From Schmidtea nova (taxonomy: Eukaryota), in assembly GCA_044892505.1 (NCBI GenBank), contig CM097882.1, positions 160,518,001 to 160,582,000 on the forward strand: a stretch of 64,000 bases of DNA. The letters run 5' to 3'. Both the position numbers and the translations under genes were made by a program. The notes beneath the pieces are model-generated. The model saw only the letters and a list, made by a program, of their open reading frames with translations, had not been told where the DNA came from and did no database searches. Shown here piece by piece: positions 1 through 11,587 of the stretch (positions within the stretch are counted from its first letter, which is position 1; every line of letters begins with the position of its first letter).

Positions 1-648
1 TGCTTAACATTAAATTGTCCAATGATGAAAGTTGTTGAAAACGATAATGTGATATTTCATTGTGAATATTGTGATCAATCGAACTGTTCGAGATACAATA
101 AAAGATATTATCCAAATCAATGGGGGCTCAATATTACAGAATTGTCGATGAAATTTTGGGAAGTTGGGAGAGGCGAAATATTAGACCGAAATGAGCCATT
201 ATTGACATTAAACGAGAAAGGATTTGTTCTATTTCAAATACAATATGATGACATTCATGCAACATTTCAAATGATAGCATCTAAATTCTATATTCCACAG
301 CGATCTGGAACTGAAACCTTTTCTCTGGATAATTTGCCGATCGCTGATCAGTGTATTGTCGAACTCATCTTATCGTATTGGAGTTTGTCTTCAGAGCAAA
401 GCTTGACATTCAAGCTCAATAACGACATCAAGATCCCAGAAGCGCGCTGGTTTTCTGGATCTCAAACCAATGGCCAAACAAATCACAGAGAGCCTTTTTC
501 TATTCTTTTACGTGGTGTTCATTACAAACAACAATTTAGTGACAACAAACTCGAGTTGCTCACTTCTTTGATAAAAACATTGTTTGATAGAAATAAAAAT
601 ACCTTCCAAACGGTTTTTGCTCGATACAGATGGGTTATTAATAAATAA
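1..648 (+). CDS. ORF of unknown function, open to the left window edge, whose stop lies inside the start of an LTR-like repeat
   Basis: Frame 1 has no stop from position 1 to TAA at 646-648 (at least 215 codons) in AT-rich DNA. No recognisable motif. Confidence 0.45.
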   Translation, partial: CLTLNCPMMKVVENDNVIFHCEYCDQSNCSRYNKRYYPNQWGLNITELSMKFWEVGRGEILDRNEPLLTLNEKGFVLFQIQYDDIHATFQMIASKFYIPQRSGTETFSLDNLPIADQCIVELILSYWSLSSEQSLTFKLNNDIKIPEARWFSGSQTNGQTNHREPFSILLRGVHYKQQFSDNKLELLTSLIKTLFDRNKNTFQTVFARYRWVINK

Positions 649-1235
649 TCTTTTTGTATCTGACTCCGCTGTTCTTTCTTTGACAATAACCCAACACAAT
701 AATTTTTATTTTCAAATTGATCAAACACAATTTCAACTACACAAAATTACAAAATGTTCTCTGCTCTCTTGCGTTAGGGTATATGTCCTAATGAGAAATC
801 TCCCTTTCTGATACACAATGAAATTTGTTAATTTTGGACTCTAGCATTTAGCTCTCTCTTTTAAGTTTTCTTTCTGTCGCTTCTGCTTTTTCACCACAAA
901 TTACAATTTTCGCTCGTCCAAACTGATAATATCGGCAAATTGCTCTCAGTTTATATAGTAACTTTTCCCTTGATCTTGTCAGTTTAATTTAATCTGTCAA
1001 AAAAAATAATTAAATTGTTTTTGTAGCTGGATAATTTAATTTGTAGAAATTTGGTTTGCCACGCTTAGTTACATTTGTTTTGGGCTAATTGGTTTTTTGA
1101 CTTTTCCCGGGGCATCCTTTAATCATCCAATTCTCTTGGATAATCTAATAATTTTGTTGATGCCCGGATTTTCCACATTGCTCGGGTTTCCCACTTGCTC
1201 GCGGTTATCATTAGCTCGGGTTTTCTACTTACCTA
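631..1235 (+). repeat. Degenerate copy of LTR-like family A (relatives at 53783-54671 and 62662-63464)
   Basis: Shares tgggttatta start, ctgactcc..gttct, aacccaacacaataa and the tandem gctcgggtttccca motifs with the two solo LTRs. No TG..CA end or TSD seen. Confidence 0.65.
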
Positions 1236-3437
1236 ATAAATTATTTTTTAATTTTTAATTTTTAATTTTTAATTATTTTTATTTATTTATTTTTATCCAG
1301 ACGAATTGCCAACAGTTGGACAACAAGCATCACCAGAAGATTACCCAGTAACAATAAGCCTCAGTTCTCAACTATCACTAGGAAACAGATAGTATTTAAT
1401 CTGAAACAGAAGGACAATCTATTTTTCCACTAAGAATTCACGAGGATCTGACGATCATTTTTAAAGAATTCCAACCCAGCTTTTAATGTAAGGAAGATGA
1501 TTTTTAGAGCATGGGTTAGCGAGACATGCCCTCGTTATCCCATGTGAGGTATTTTGATTTGTATTGTTTTTGTTATTTTATTCTATATTGTTGGGCCCAC
1601 CAAAGATCTAAAAAACACGAAATATATCAATAACAGTTGAAACAAAATAATTACAAAATAACCCATTGGAACATAGAAAGCCTAAGGAAAAAGATAAAAA
1701 CAAATAATTAAGAAAATAAAAAATTACCCAAAGATTAAACTAATCCGAATTTGTTGAGAATAGCCAGACAGGAGATCTAGAATAAAAATATACAAAAAAA
1801 ACGCTTAAAAATTAATAAATAAGAGTACATTTTATTAAATAATTACTAGAAAAAATGAGACCACCGAGCGAGAAAACAGATCTGAAAATGAAATAAAGCA
1901 GAAAATTAATTTAAAATAATTAAACCTACAGTGAAGGCGGCCGAATCCTGATTGGTCGGTTCAACCTAGACAATCAGTATATATACTGATACAAAACTTC
2001 ATTAGTTCATACTATAATTTTGAGATTAATAGTAAAGTAGCAACTTAACCGCGCTTTATTAAACTAGAAACCAAATTAATTGCACAAATTTCACTGAAGA
2101 TTGCTGAAGGAAAATATACAGTAATTATTTTGTTTTTATTGTAAATGTTGCCCCATGATTTCATTATAATTCATTATGCAATTGTTATATCAATATGATA
2201 ATTTGTTATATGCCTTGTTTTATGTTGATTTATAACTTATCATAGATTTTTATGAGCACGTCGGGAGCTATATGCTGCTAGGGTGCAATCCGAGGCTGTA
2301 AAGGCTAAATAGCTAACGAACTGAATGGCTGTAAAATTTTTGTATTACTGAATTGACCATTGACCCGGACTAAATTAGAAAGTGCATAAGCTCAATAAGA
2401 TTTTGAAATATTGATCCACGTCAGGGTCTACTATCTAGATTTGAACCGAAATGTTGAAATTTTTTTCATGTTATTTAATCTTGGTACCGAATTGAGATGA
2501 TACTCCGTATATATTTGACTACGAAAGGGGAGAGTTGTACTGATAAGATACCTAGCGGATAAATTAGCCAAACCGGAACAAGCACCCGTCAGATGATTAT
2601 TTTTGAGATTGACTAAATAAATTCGACTTCAAACGGTCATCAAATAGAATTATATCCAATCCGAAAGACCTTACTGCCACCCAAACTTAGAATAAAGGGG
2701 AGAATATTCCGGTACATAAGAAAACTCCCGAGCAAGGCGAGACAAAATTCAACAATAAAATATAATAATTAAAATTATTTTCAGACAAAATATCCGTTAA
2801 AGAGATGTTCATGATAAATATTCGATATGCTCAGCCAGTGGAGAATCATTGGTGATGGAAAGACGGAAAGCTCAGGCGGAACCGAATACGCGCCAGTCCC
2901 TTCAAAAATCTGCCGTTTGAAATATTGCAGCAGGTGCACCAGAAGATGTGGAAATGGAAGCATGAACTGGACACTGCTTGTCCGTTCACTGTGTGGGACC
3001 ATCCTCGTCACCATGCTTGGTACAGCGGATACGCCAGCTGGCCCATCATTTCGGGCGAGGACTTCAAACCTTGGTTCGTGCTAATACTCGACGAACATGG
3101 ATTTCCTCAGCTAGTGATGTATTGCGGGTTACATTCCAGGAATTGGGCATTACACTCAATACTGCAATTCAGCCGTTACGGGAGGCCCAAAAGGAAAACT
3201 TGAAGATCTAAACTCTCCCGACTCCTTCAAGGCCACCATGCAGGTTCATTTAATCTTCGCATATCGCGGAAAGGCTGGTGGGGAATGAAGTGTTGTTCAA
3301 TAAATGTATTAAATAATGGTGTTCCGTCTAATCAAATTTTCATTTGATTTTCAAATAATCTAATGCTCATTGTAATTTTAACCAAATTTACGTGATGAAT
3401 GAATCGTATCTATTTTATTTTATGCAGAAATTTAAAA

Positions 3438-3923
3438 ATGAACAAACCAAGCACTCAGACAAATTGTTACGTCAAAACCAGGAGCGTCAGTTGAGAGATC
3501 AATAATGGCAAAATAAAGCGACTCACGGCCACTAATGAGAAGTTGAAATCCAATTGGTTTTCACCCGAAAAGATGAAGATGCAAATGATGAAGATGTTAA
3601 GGATGCAGGAGGTCCTGTCAGAGACCAAGACCGAACTCGAAGTGGTCCAACGAGAACTCAAGAACTGCTTGAACTCAGTAACCAAATCATACATCGATAC
3701 TGAGTTGCGGGCACTTATTCGGCATATCACAGCCCACAGATGGACAATAACCCAGTCTAGGGAGATGTCAGTCGGAACCAGTAACGACGTTCCATGCGAA
3801 ACCGCTTTATCTACAATTATCCAGTCTACAGCCGAACCAACTCCAAAAACCAACCAAATCGGGCCGGAACCACTTGCACTGCAACCGGGACGCATTAAGA
3901 GAAGCCGGTTGGGTTCTAAATAA
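3438..3923 (+). pseudogene. Coiled-coil-like ORF of unknown function; distant paralog at about 41380-41660
   Basis: ORF 3543-3923 (ELEVVQRELKNCLNSVTKSYIDTELRALIRHITAHRW) aligns by eye with + strand 41400-41550 (LEVDATRIKLRNC*RYIIQRFVENDIKDLIRIITIAEW). Confidence 0.4.
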
Positions 3924-4009
3924 CGGCGCCGAAGGCGAGACTTTGCCCGCCAGTAGGGGATAGTGAGGACTCGGAGCCACTTTTTCACATAACAACGGTT
4001 GCTAGGGTT

Positions 4010-4245
4010 AATACATCAATATACAATCCCCGAGGAACCTGTTGCCAAGGTAAACACACCTCAATATATAGTCCCCGTGGAATATGTTGCTAAGGTTGCT
4101 AAACACACATACGTCAATATAATCCCCGTGGAATATGTTGCCAAGGTAAACACACCAACATACACCATTATATAATCCCCAAGGCAGTTGTTTCTAAGGT
4201 TTACACACGCATAAATATATAATCCCTATGCATATGTTGGTAAGG
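4010..4245. repeat. About 5 diverged tandem units of 45-55 bp
   Basis: Repeated atata(a)tcccc..gg...tgttgccaaggtaaacacac units. Confidence 0.8.
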
Positions 4246-5994
4246 TAAATAAAGGTAGAACTAGTTAGTAAGTAAGGAATTGGTCTGTTTGTAAACTAAG
4301 GGATTGGATTAATTGATATCTAGTTAATAGGAAGAGATAATTGATTGACATATGGAACAATTTTTCTAGTTGGTTAATATATAGAGTCAGTTGGTAACTG
4401 GTAAGTAACTAGATGGTTTTTGATTTGTGGATAGAGTCAGTTGGTATCTGATCAGTTACTAGTCAGTTGTTTTATTTGTGTGTGTAATGAGATTATTAGT
4501 TAGTTGATCGGTTTATTCTTGGTACTTAGATTGATTAATAGACGTTACTTATTATTATTATTAATATTATTATTTTACTTGTTTCCATATTTTCAATTAT
4601 TACGTTTATTTTTAAAAGTTTATGACATTAATCGTTATTTTTTTACTTAGTATACAAATTGCAACAACTCTTGTTTAATAACTAGTTTTATTCTAAATAA
4701 ATTTAATATTTACATATGTTTTATTTACTACATTTATTTGTTGTTATTTGATCATTTCCTTAAATAAGGTCATATTGAAAAACAATTAGATTTGTATTTA
4801 TTAATTTAAAATTTTACTTGTGAAAAAAATTTACTTTGTATTTATTATTTTAAAAAATTTTACTTGTTGGTTAATGTTTAAAAAAAGTTTTTTACATTGA
4901 TTTTAGTGTTAAAAAATTCTACATTAACTTTATTGTTAAAAAAATTTACTTTAAAGAATTTCAAAAATATTTAATTATTCTCACATTTTTCAAATATTAC
5001 ATTAAAAAGTTCATTTAAAACCAATTCATTTTAAAATAATGTCATTAAAACGCACGTGTTTCTTAATTTACTGGTTTTAAAAAAAATTATTTGCTTATAA
5101 TTCTATTTATCTTTAAATTCTTAATTTATTTTTAAAATTCTATCTTTAATTTATTTACTTTACCATTTTTCATAAATCCTTTACAAATTATTTTAAAATT
5201 CTAACTTTAATTTACTTATTATTTCCATGTTTTTTATTTAATGTAACATTTTACTTTATAAATTCTATACAAAAATATTGAGTGAATTATTTACTGAGTT
5301 TGGAAATTCGTATAGATATTATTTACTTTTTTATTTAATTATCATAAATTTATTTAGATTTAATTATTTAGTTTAAAAATTTTTTAAATATTTCCACGTT
5401 TTTTATGTACTTTGCCCTTTTTTACTGAGACTGGCATTTCATGTATAAAATTTTGATTTTTTCATGATTTTAATTTTTTGACCTTTTCTGTTCGCCTTTC
5501 AATTCTCAGTAGATTGGTATAAAAATTATTGAATTCTGACAACTATTTAATTTTTGGAAATTCCCAGACCAAACACTTTTCTTTTGGCAGAATTAAGAAG
5601 AAAATATTACGACAAAACCTTTCTTGAATAAAATTTTGTATTTGAAATTCGATTTGTATTGTTTAATTTTTATTTGGTAAAAAATTTTATTTGTTGATTA
5701 ATTTTTATTTGGTAAAAATTGTATTTGTTAAGACTTTTATTGGTTTGAAAATTTTATTTTGTGAAAAAATTTTAATTTTATATTTAAAAATTTACCAACT
5801 CCGAGATTTCCCAAAATAATTCGTACTTATTTTTAAAATTTTCATATTATGTCATTTCAATTCTGACTTTGCCTTAATTTTAACCTTTTTTATTAAATTT
5901 TAAATATTATGTCATTCTTTTGTTTTTTGTAAAATTCTCCATGTTTTATTGTCTATTTAATTTAACCATTTAAATCTATTTAAATCTACCTAAA

Positions 5995-6440
5995 TAATCA
6001 GAGTCCTTTTTTGTCTCAGAAATTGTGGGAATTGAAAATTCTATTCAAAATAATTTCAACTTGTTCAAAAAATTTACACGTTTTTTTATTTACCATTAAA
6101 AATTTTAATATCAGTTAAAAATTACCAGTTCCTTTTTGCCCGAGAAAATTGTAGGAATTGAAAATGCTATATAAAATTAATTTCAATCTATTTTACTAGT
6201 TTAAAAAATTTACACGTGTTTTTATTTACCATAAAAATTTCAGTTCAAAATTAGCAGAGTCTCTTTTTGCCCTAGAAAACTCTCGGATCTCAAAATCATA
6301 TTCAAAAATACAAGACCAAAAATCATATTCAAAATAACCAGACCAAAAATCCATGTATAAAAATCCCTGTACAAAAATCCAGTGTCCCTTTTGCCCGAGA
6401 AAAATCTCGGAGTAGAAAATCCTATTCAAAAGATCGACAA
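5995..6440. repeat. About 4 spaced, diverged repeats (cttttt gcccgagaaaa ... gaaaat.ctat)
   Basis: Units near 6000, 6125, 6255 and 6380. Located upstream of the Maverick PolB. Confidence 0.6.
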
Positions 6441-6474
6441 AAATTTTCCAATACAAAAGATCGACGAAAAAACA

Positions 6475-6546
6475 TAGTGGCCCTCTAGGACACCTGTTTT
6501 TTCTAGGGGGGTGGGTAGAATTTTGAAGTGTCCCAGAGGGCCATTA
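6475..6546. other. GC-rich inverted repeat (stem-loop)
   Basis: tagtggccctctaggacac (6475-6493) pairs with gtgtcccagagggccatta (6528-6546) with 2 mismatches. The 34-nt loop contains a G-run. Confidence 0.8.
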
Positions 6547-7526
6547 ACTACCTACTAACTTTAATGTAAATTATAAGTTGTTGAAATAATATGATTTTAA
6601 TTAAATAATAACGTCAAATCGTGTTTTAAAAAATTATTTAGTTTTTTAAAATACTGCATCGTAATATATGTTAAGTCATAATTCTCTATCATTTTCTTGA
6701 ATTTGATTTGATGATAATAATAACTTTCCTAACCCCTACTTGATTTTCATTGGTTAAAATTTATGTGTGTTATAACTTTGATATATAAACAATAATCTTT
6801 CATTCATTATTCACTTTAACAAATAATAAACATTTAAAATGAACATTATACAAGTTTTATGAACGAAAACCCAAGTAACAAAGAAAATGGTAAATTTATT
6901 TTTTAATTTATTATCATTTAGTACTAATTTAGTTAGTATCAATAATTCAATTGGGAATTCGATTTTAGAAAATGTGGTAGAAAATGGTACTTAATTTTTA
7001 ACTTAATAAATTATTTAACCTTTACTTTAGATGATGTAAATATGACTGAACAAACTATCGCACAAACTAAGATTGTTGGTGACGAAAATATTATGAATAA
7101 TGAAGTTATACCTCATGTGGTATTGAATGTTCAATGTAAGTATTGATTAATTTTAATTAATTTGATTATATTTTGATAATAATTTTAATTAATTTAGTAA
7201 ATAATTTTAGTAAAATATTTGTAATTATTTAATTTTGATAATATTTTGTAATAATGTAAATAATCTTTACTTTGAGTAAAGAGCTAATTTAAACAAATTA
7301 TTTTAATACTATTTTGTAATAAGTTTTATATTAAATTTAAATTATTTTATGTAATTATTATATTTAAATAGTATTCATCTTAAATTTCATATTTACTTTT
7401 TAATAATTCATATTTTTATTAATTTATTTGAATGATATTTTGATAAATTCAAAGATATTTCATATTTAAGGTAATTTTTATGGGAATTATTGTAAGTCGT
7501 CAAATCATAACAACTGCCACAAATTA

Positions 7527-7841
7527 ATGGAACGATACTATCGTCTTATAAATAACCAAGTCACCTTCTATGTATGTCCCACATGTAAGAGTGCCCAAAA
7601 TATAACATATATTGATTTTTATTTCCAACATTATCTACATTTAAACCAATTCTCATGCACTAATAAAAATCTTTTTGCATTAATTAGTAAAAATAAACGA
7701 GGAACTGTTACTGTTTATCCTAAACCGCCTAAAATAATTATAATTTCCGATTATGAAGATGTCCATTCATCAAATGACGATGTTTTAGTTATTACTAAAT
7801 TACATGTTGTCCAATATGGCGGTTCTGTTGAAACTGGTTAA
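7527..7841 (+). CDS. Small ORF just upstream of PolB with CxxC and a QYGG motif; possibly the frameshifted PolB N-terminus or a Maverick accessory gene
   Basis: 104-aa ORF containing VCPTCK and QYGGS, adjacent to and on the same strand as the PolB remnant. Confidence 0.35.
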   Translation: MERYYRLINNQVTFYVCPTCKSAQNITYIDFYFQHYLHLNQFSCTNKNLFALISKNKRGTVTVYPKPPKIIIISDYEDVHSSNDDVLVITKLHVVQYGGSVETG

Positions 7842-7899
7842 ATATAATCTGAAAAAATCTCTTGCCATTGTTAAAATGGATGTGAATTCTTTAAATTTA

Positions 7900-8119
7900 A
7901 ATAAATTATTATTTCTTCACCTTTATTAAATAAATTTAATTCAGTTATTTCCGAAATGGGATTTGTAAAAGTACAATTCTGCATTGATGTAGAATTTGAA
8001 AAAGATTGACAATTCCAATCTTTTATAATATCAAATTTCGCAAAACCCATGAGTGATATCTTTTTAGATGATGGTATTGCTCTATTAAGTGAAAAAATTA
8101 CTAAAGTCTGCGAAAATGG
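7900..8119 (+). pseudogene. Maverick/Polinton protein-primed DNA polymerase B, 5' part (interrupted by LTR element)
   Basis: Reads ...GFVKVQFCIDVEFEKD*...LSEKITKVCENG and continues in frame across the ATGG TSD into SNLSINKIKE at 22061. Confidence 0.7.
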
Positions 8120-9228
8120 TGTTGAGGTCCAAGATTTTTAGATCTCAACGCGCACTGGTGTACACTATAGTATATAATAATAAAATCAAGTCTTTTGAAA
8201 AATTTATTCAATAACAAAATTTACCAAATTCAAAAATCAAAAGTTATCAATTACGCTTTCAAATCAAAAGTTATCAATTACGCTTTCAAATCTTCACACT
8301 GTTTTATAAAGTTTATTTAAAGGATATTTTTTGCGTGTCCTACTGTGTGCTTGTTATATAATTAAATGTTATTTGTTTTATTTACTCTTTTAAATATGTT
8401 GGACCTTTTTGTACTGTCCTTTAATGTTAATGTTCTCGCAGGATTTCCCTTTGAGAATAATAAGGCGCAATTTTTGGTTGAAAGCAAGTTTCAAAAATTG
8501 TGGGGCAAATTTTAAAAATTTTCACTTCTTTAAATACTAAAGTTTTTCGTACTCGTTATTGAAATAATTAAAATAATTTCATCTAGATATTGAAACAATT
8601 AAAATAATTTCGTTATTGGAACAAAACAATTAAAACAATTTCAAAAATGTTGACTCGCTACCGAAACAAAATAATTAAAATAATTTCCTTTATCTATTTT
8701 TCCATGCTACAATTATGTTGCCCCGATTCTAATATCCGTTGAAATAAAATAATTTCAACATCCATTGAAATAAAATATTTCATTAAAAAGTACATAAATA
8801 TTAATAATAATTTTCTAAATTATATACATTTAAAAGAACTAAAATAATATATCGCATTCCCAACTAAAATAATAATATCCAATGTTGAATGTTCATATCA
8901 AATATTTACACTAGAAATAAAATATATACAAGAAATAATATATCACATTCCCAATAATAATATCAAATGTCGAATGTTAAGGATCAAATATTAAATATCA
9001 AATGTCGAATGTTAATCAAATATTAAATATCAAATGGATGTTGATATCCTGGTTGGTGCTTGGATTGATTGTGCACTGGGTACTGATTGATATTGGGTTC
9101 TGTTTCTTTTTGAATATTGGTTGTATCGACAGGCTCTGTATAAATAATAACTCTGTATTTGTTGCCCCCCACACTATAATTTTCTGATAGGAGGAATGTA
9201 TTGATGGGCTTACCTTCATCATCCAACA
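8120..9228 (-). repeat. 3' LTR (1109 bp)
   Basis: Matches 20953-22060; about 6 substitutions and one 1-bp indel seen by eye. Confidence 0.97.
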
Positions 9229-11122
9229 TTCCTCCCCGGGCCGTCAAAGTAATGTCCTCATTACCCTTGTCACACAATATTAAATCAATTCTTTTCTCTT
9301 TTATTTGAATTGTTGTTTTTCGAAATCCATTTTTTATCACAAGGTTTATCGTCTCCTCGTGCTCAATTTGTCTTCCAAAATGAGTGCAGAGATCTTTTTC
9401 TGAGACATACTTTTTGTCTTTGTCTATTATGAAGTCTGATTCTTCTGGTTCTGTCCAGTCGGCTAACATTTCAACGTTTGGTTCTGGTCCGATATCCTCT
9501 TCCATTATGTTGTATTTATTACTTGTTGATGGTTCTTCACTATCTTCTTCCATTTTGATGTCGTTACTGCTGGTTGAAGGTTCTTCTATGTTTTCATCTG
9601 CTGAGAAATATTCATCATCTATATCACATTCGTCCATTCTTTCATATAGAATATTTTGAATTTTGGGTTCTGCTTTGATTTCTCTAGTTGGAGCGATAAG
9701 TGGTATTTCTTCTTTTATGATCATGAGTTCATCGTCGTCACTGTCCATGAGCTCTTCCATGAATGACTTTTTTGGTTTGTAATGATTGGTTTTTGTTGAT
9801 TCCCCATGGGACGGCTCCATGCCTTCTCCATCTTCATATTCACTTTCTATCTCACCTTCTGCTTCGCTCTCTTTTTCGTTTTCGAATATTGTTTCTAGTT
9901 GTTCTTCTCCTTTTGCTTGTTTCCTTTTAAGAAGTGTTGCGGAATCCCATTTGACAACTTCTTCCCATTTATTTTCTGAGATATCGTAGATAACTTTTAA
10001 TAGCATTGTGGTGATCTTTGTTGAGAATGGTTCTGGTTGTCTCAATATATCATTTAACTTTTTATCTTTATGCCAACTTTTATGGTAATTGATTACCTGG
10101 TAAGCCAAATTTGATATTTTTATTTTTGGTGGGGCCACGTTTTTTACAAAAGAACACATGAATCGATCCTGTGCCATTTCTCTTATGCCCATAATGTTGT
10201 CCAGATCTATCGTCAATAGTTTTAACTTATCTATGATGTTGAATCCAACTATGATCTTTCCATAGAGAATGTTTCGAATTTCATTTAAGGCTTTATATTC
10301 GTCTTCATTTCCAATTATGTTTTCTTTTGTAGATTTAGTTTTTTCCGTGTAGAATTTTTCTACTTTCGTTCTTGGGGTGATGAACTTGTTATACAGAATT
10401 GCTCCTTTTTTGCTTCTGATACAAATTTCCACTGGTCTGAGATTTTTGTTTATATCTTGAACTACTTTTATATCCACAATTACAGTTAATGAATGCCTTT
10501 CTTCTGTCGTTAATTCTTGATTCGTGAATGATATCTTCTGGTTGATCATATCTTCATTAATTTGTAGGATTGAATGTATTGGGTTTAATTTTATGAACGG
10601 ATTTGGGATTGTCGGGATATATAGCACTTCGATTGCTATCACACATGGTAGGTTATTCATCTGCACTGTCAGCTCATTGAAATCGTTTGACATGCTTCTG
10701 TCTTTTCTTATTAACTTGATAACTGCTGAACAGTTGCTTGTGACAATTAACGGGATTTTATTTTGACATATTGCAACTTCTGTTTTTGTCATGTGGAATA
10801 TTAATCTGTGAGGGATTCTCTTGTTTTCTGCAACTTCTTTGTCGACGTTTTGGTATTTGTCGAAGGTTCCAATAAGCTCTTTGAGTTTCACTCTTCGGGC
10901 CTCATTGAATTTTATCAGATGCATTTCCCGTTCTTCTATTTCGACTTTCATGTCGTTTGGGATACATATTTGATTTGGGAAACTGCGAATTGTAATTGGG
11001 GTTCCATCAGTACATATCTTGTTCTGTAGATTTTTGTAAAAACTCATGTTGAGTTTGTTTATAAAACAAGTGTATTTCTGGTAGGTTCTTGATTGATTGA
11101 AATGAGGTTGATTTTGATTCAT
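9023..11122 (-). CDS. 699-aa accessory ORF: DEDDh (ISG20/REX4-like) exonuclease-like domain with degenerate catalytic motifs, acidic region, C-terminus encoded in U3
   Basis: VIVDIKVV...VEICIRSKKGAILYNKFITP...FYTEKT...EIRNILYGKIIVGFNI..KLKLL resembles REX4-family VAIDCEMV...G.VLYDKYVKP...RT.VSGI...LL.GRILVGH.L..DL..L. Intact ATG-to-stop ORF. Confidence 0.75.
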   Translation of the reverse strand: MNQNQPHFNQSRTYQKYTCFINKLNMSFYKNLQNKICTDGTPITIRSFPNQICIPNDMKVEIEEREMHLIKFNEARRVKLKELIGTFDKYQNVDKEVAENKRIPHRLIFHMTKTEVAICQNKIPLIVTSNCSAVIKLIRKDRSMSNDFNELTVQMNNLPCVIAIEVLYIPTIPNPFIKLNPIHSILQINEDMINQKISFTNQELTTEERHSLTVIVDIKVVQDINKNLRPVEICIRSKKGAILYNKFITPRTKVEKFYTEKTKSTKENIIGNEDEYKALNEIRNILYGKIIVGFNIIDKLKLLTIDLDNIMGIREMAQDRFMCSFVKNVAPPKIKISNLAYQVINYHKSWHKDKKLNDILRQPEPFSTKITTMLLKVIYDISENKWEEVVKWDSATLLKRKQAKGEEQLETIFENEKESEAEGEIESEYEDGEGMEPSHGESTKTNHYKPKKSFMEELMDSDDDELMIIKEEIPLIAPTREIKAEPKIQNILYERMDECDIDDEYFSADENIEEPSTSSNDIKMEEDSEEPSTSNKYNIMEEDIGPEPNVEMLADWTEPEESDFIIDKDKKYVSEKDLCTHFGRQIEHEETINLVIKNGFRKTTIQIKEKRIDLILCDKGNEDITLTARGGMLDDEGKPINTFLLSENYSVGGNKYRVIIYTEPVDTTNIQKETEPNINQYPVHNQSKHQPGYQHPFDI
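9229..9240 (-). promoter_or_regulatory. Polypurine tract
   Basis: Minus strand GGGGAGGAA immediately precedes the 3' LTR start TGTTGG. Confidence 0.85.
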
Positions 11123-11149
11123 CTTTGTTTTTGATTGGTATCGAATTGA

Positions 11150-11430
11150 TTTCTTGATATATTGATTTGAGAGATGATTAATAGGGTTTTGACGGTTTGA
11201 CAGAGATATAATTGAATATATTGAGATATTTGGGTAATTGTCGTAACGATTCGATTGGTCTATAGAATTGACGAGATTGATTGGGTATTTTGTATAGAGA
11301 TAATTGGTAGGGTTTTTTGATTGTTTGTTGTGACAGTTTAAAAAAGAGATGATTGTATTTATTGAGATTTTTGAATGGTTGTTGCAATGATTTGATTGGT
11401 GTGTAGAATTGACGAGATTGATTGGGTTTT
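11150..11430. repeat. Diverged tandem duplication of about 141 bp in the pol-ORF4 spacer
   Basis: gattggt.t.tagaattgacgagattgattgggt occurs at 11253-11286 and 11394-11427. Confidence 0.75.
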
Positions 11431-11587
11431 CGGAATTTGTTGGAACTTGCTTTGTTTTGCTCGTGTATTCTTTTCTAAAAATAAAGGATAAAGTTTTTTG
11501 TTTAAGGCGTATTGTCGGTTTAACCTTATACGCTATATAAATACGAATATATATATGATTTTAATTATTATTATTGACCAAAACGTA

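Noticed and set aside
1298-2130. Possible Penelope/LINE 3' remnant
   Set aside because: No convincing RT or endonuclease motif could be read.
6841-7140. Possible small spliced exons upstream of PolB
   Set aside because: GT/AG-like sites exist, but there is no recognisable product or independent support.
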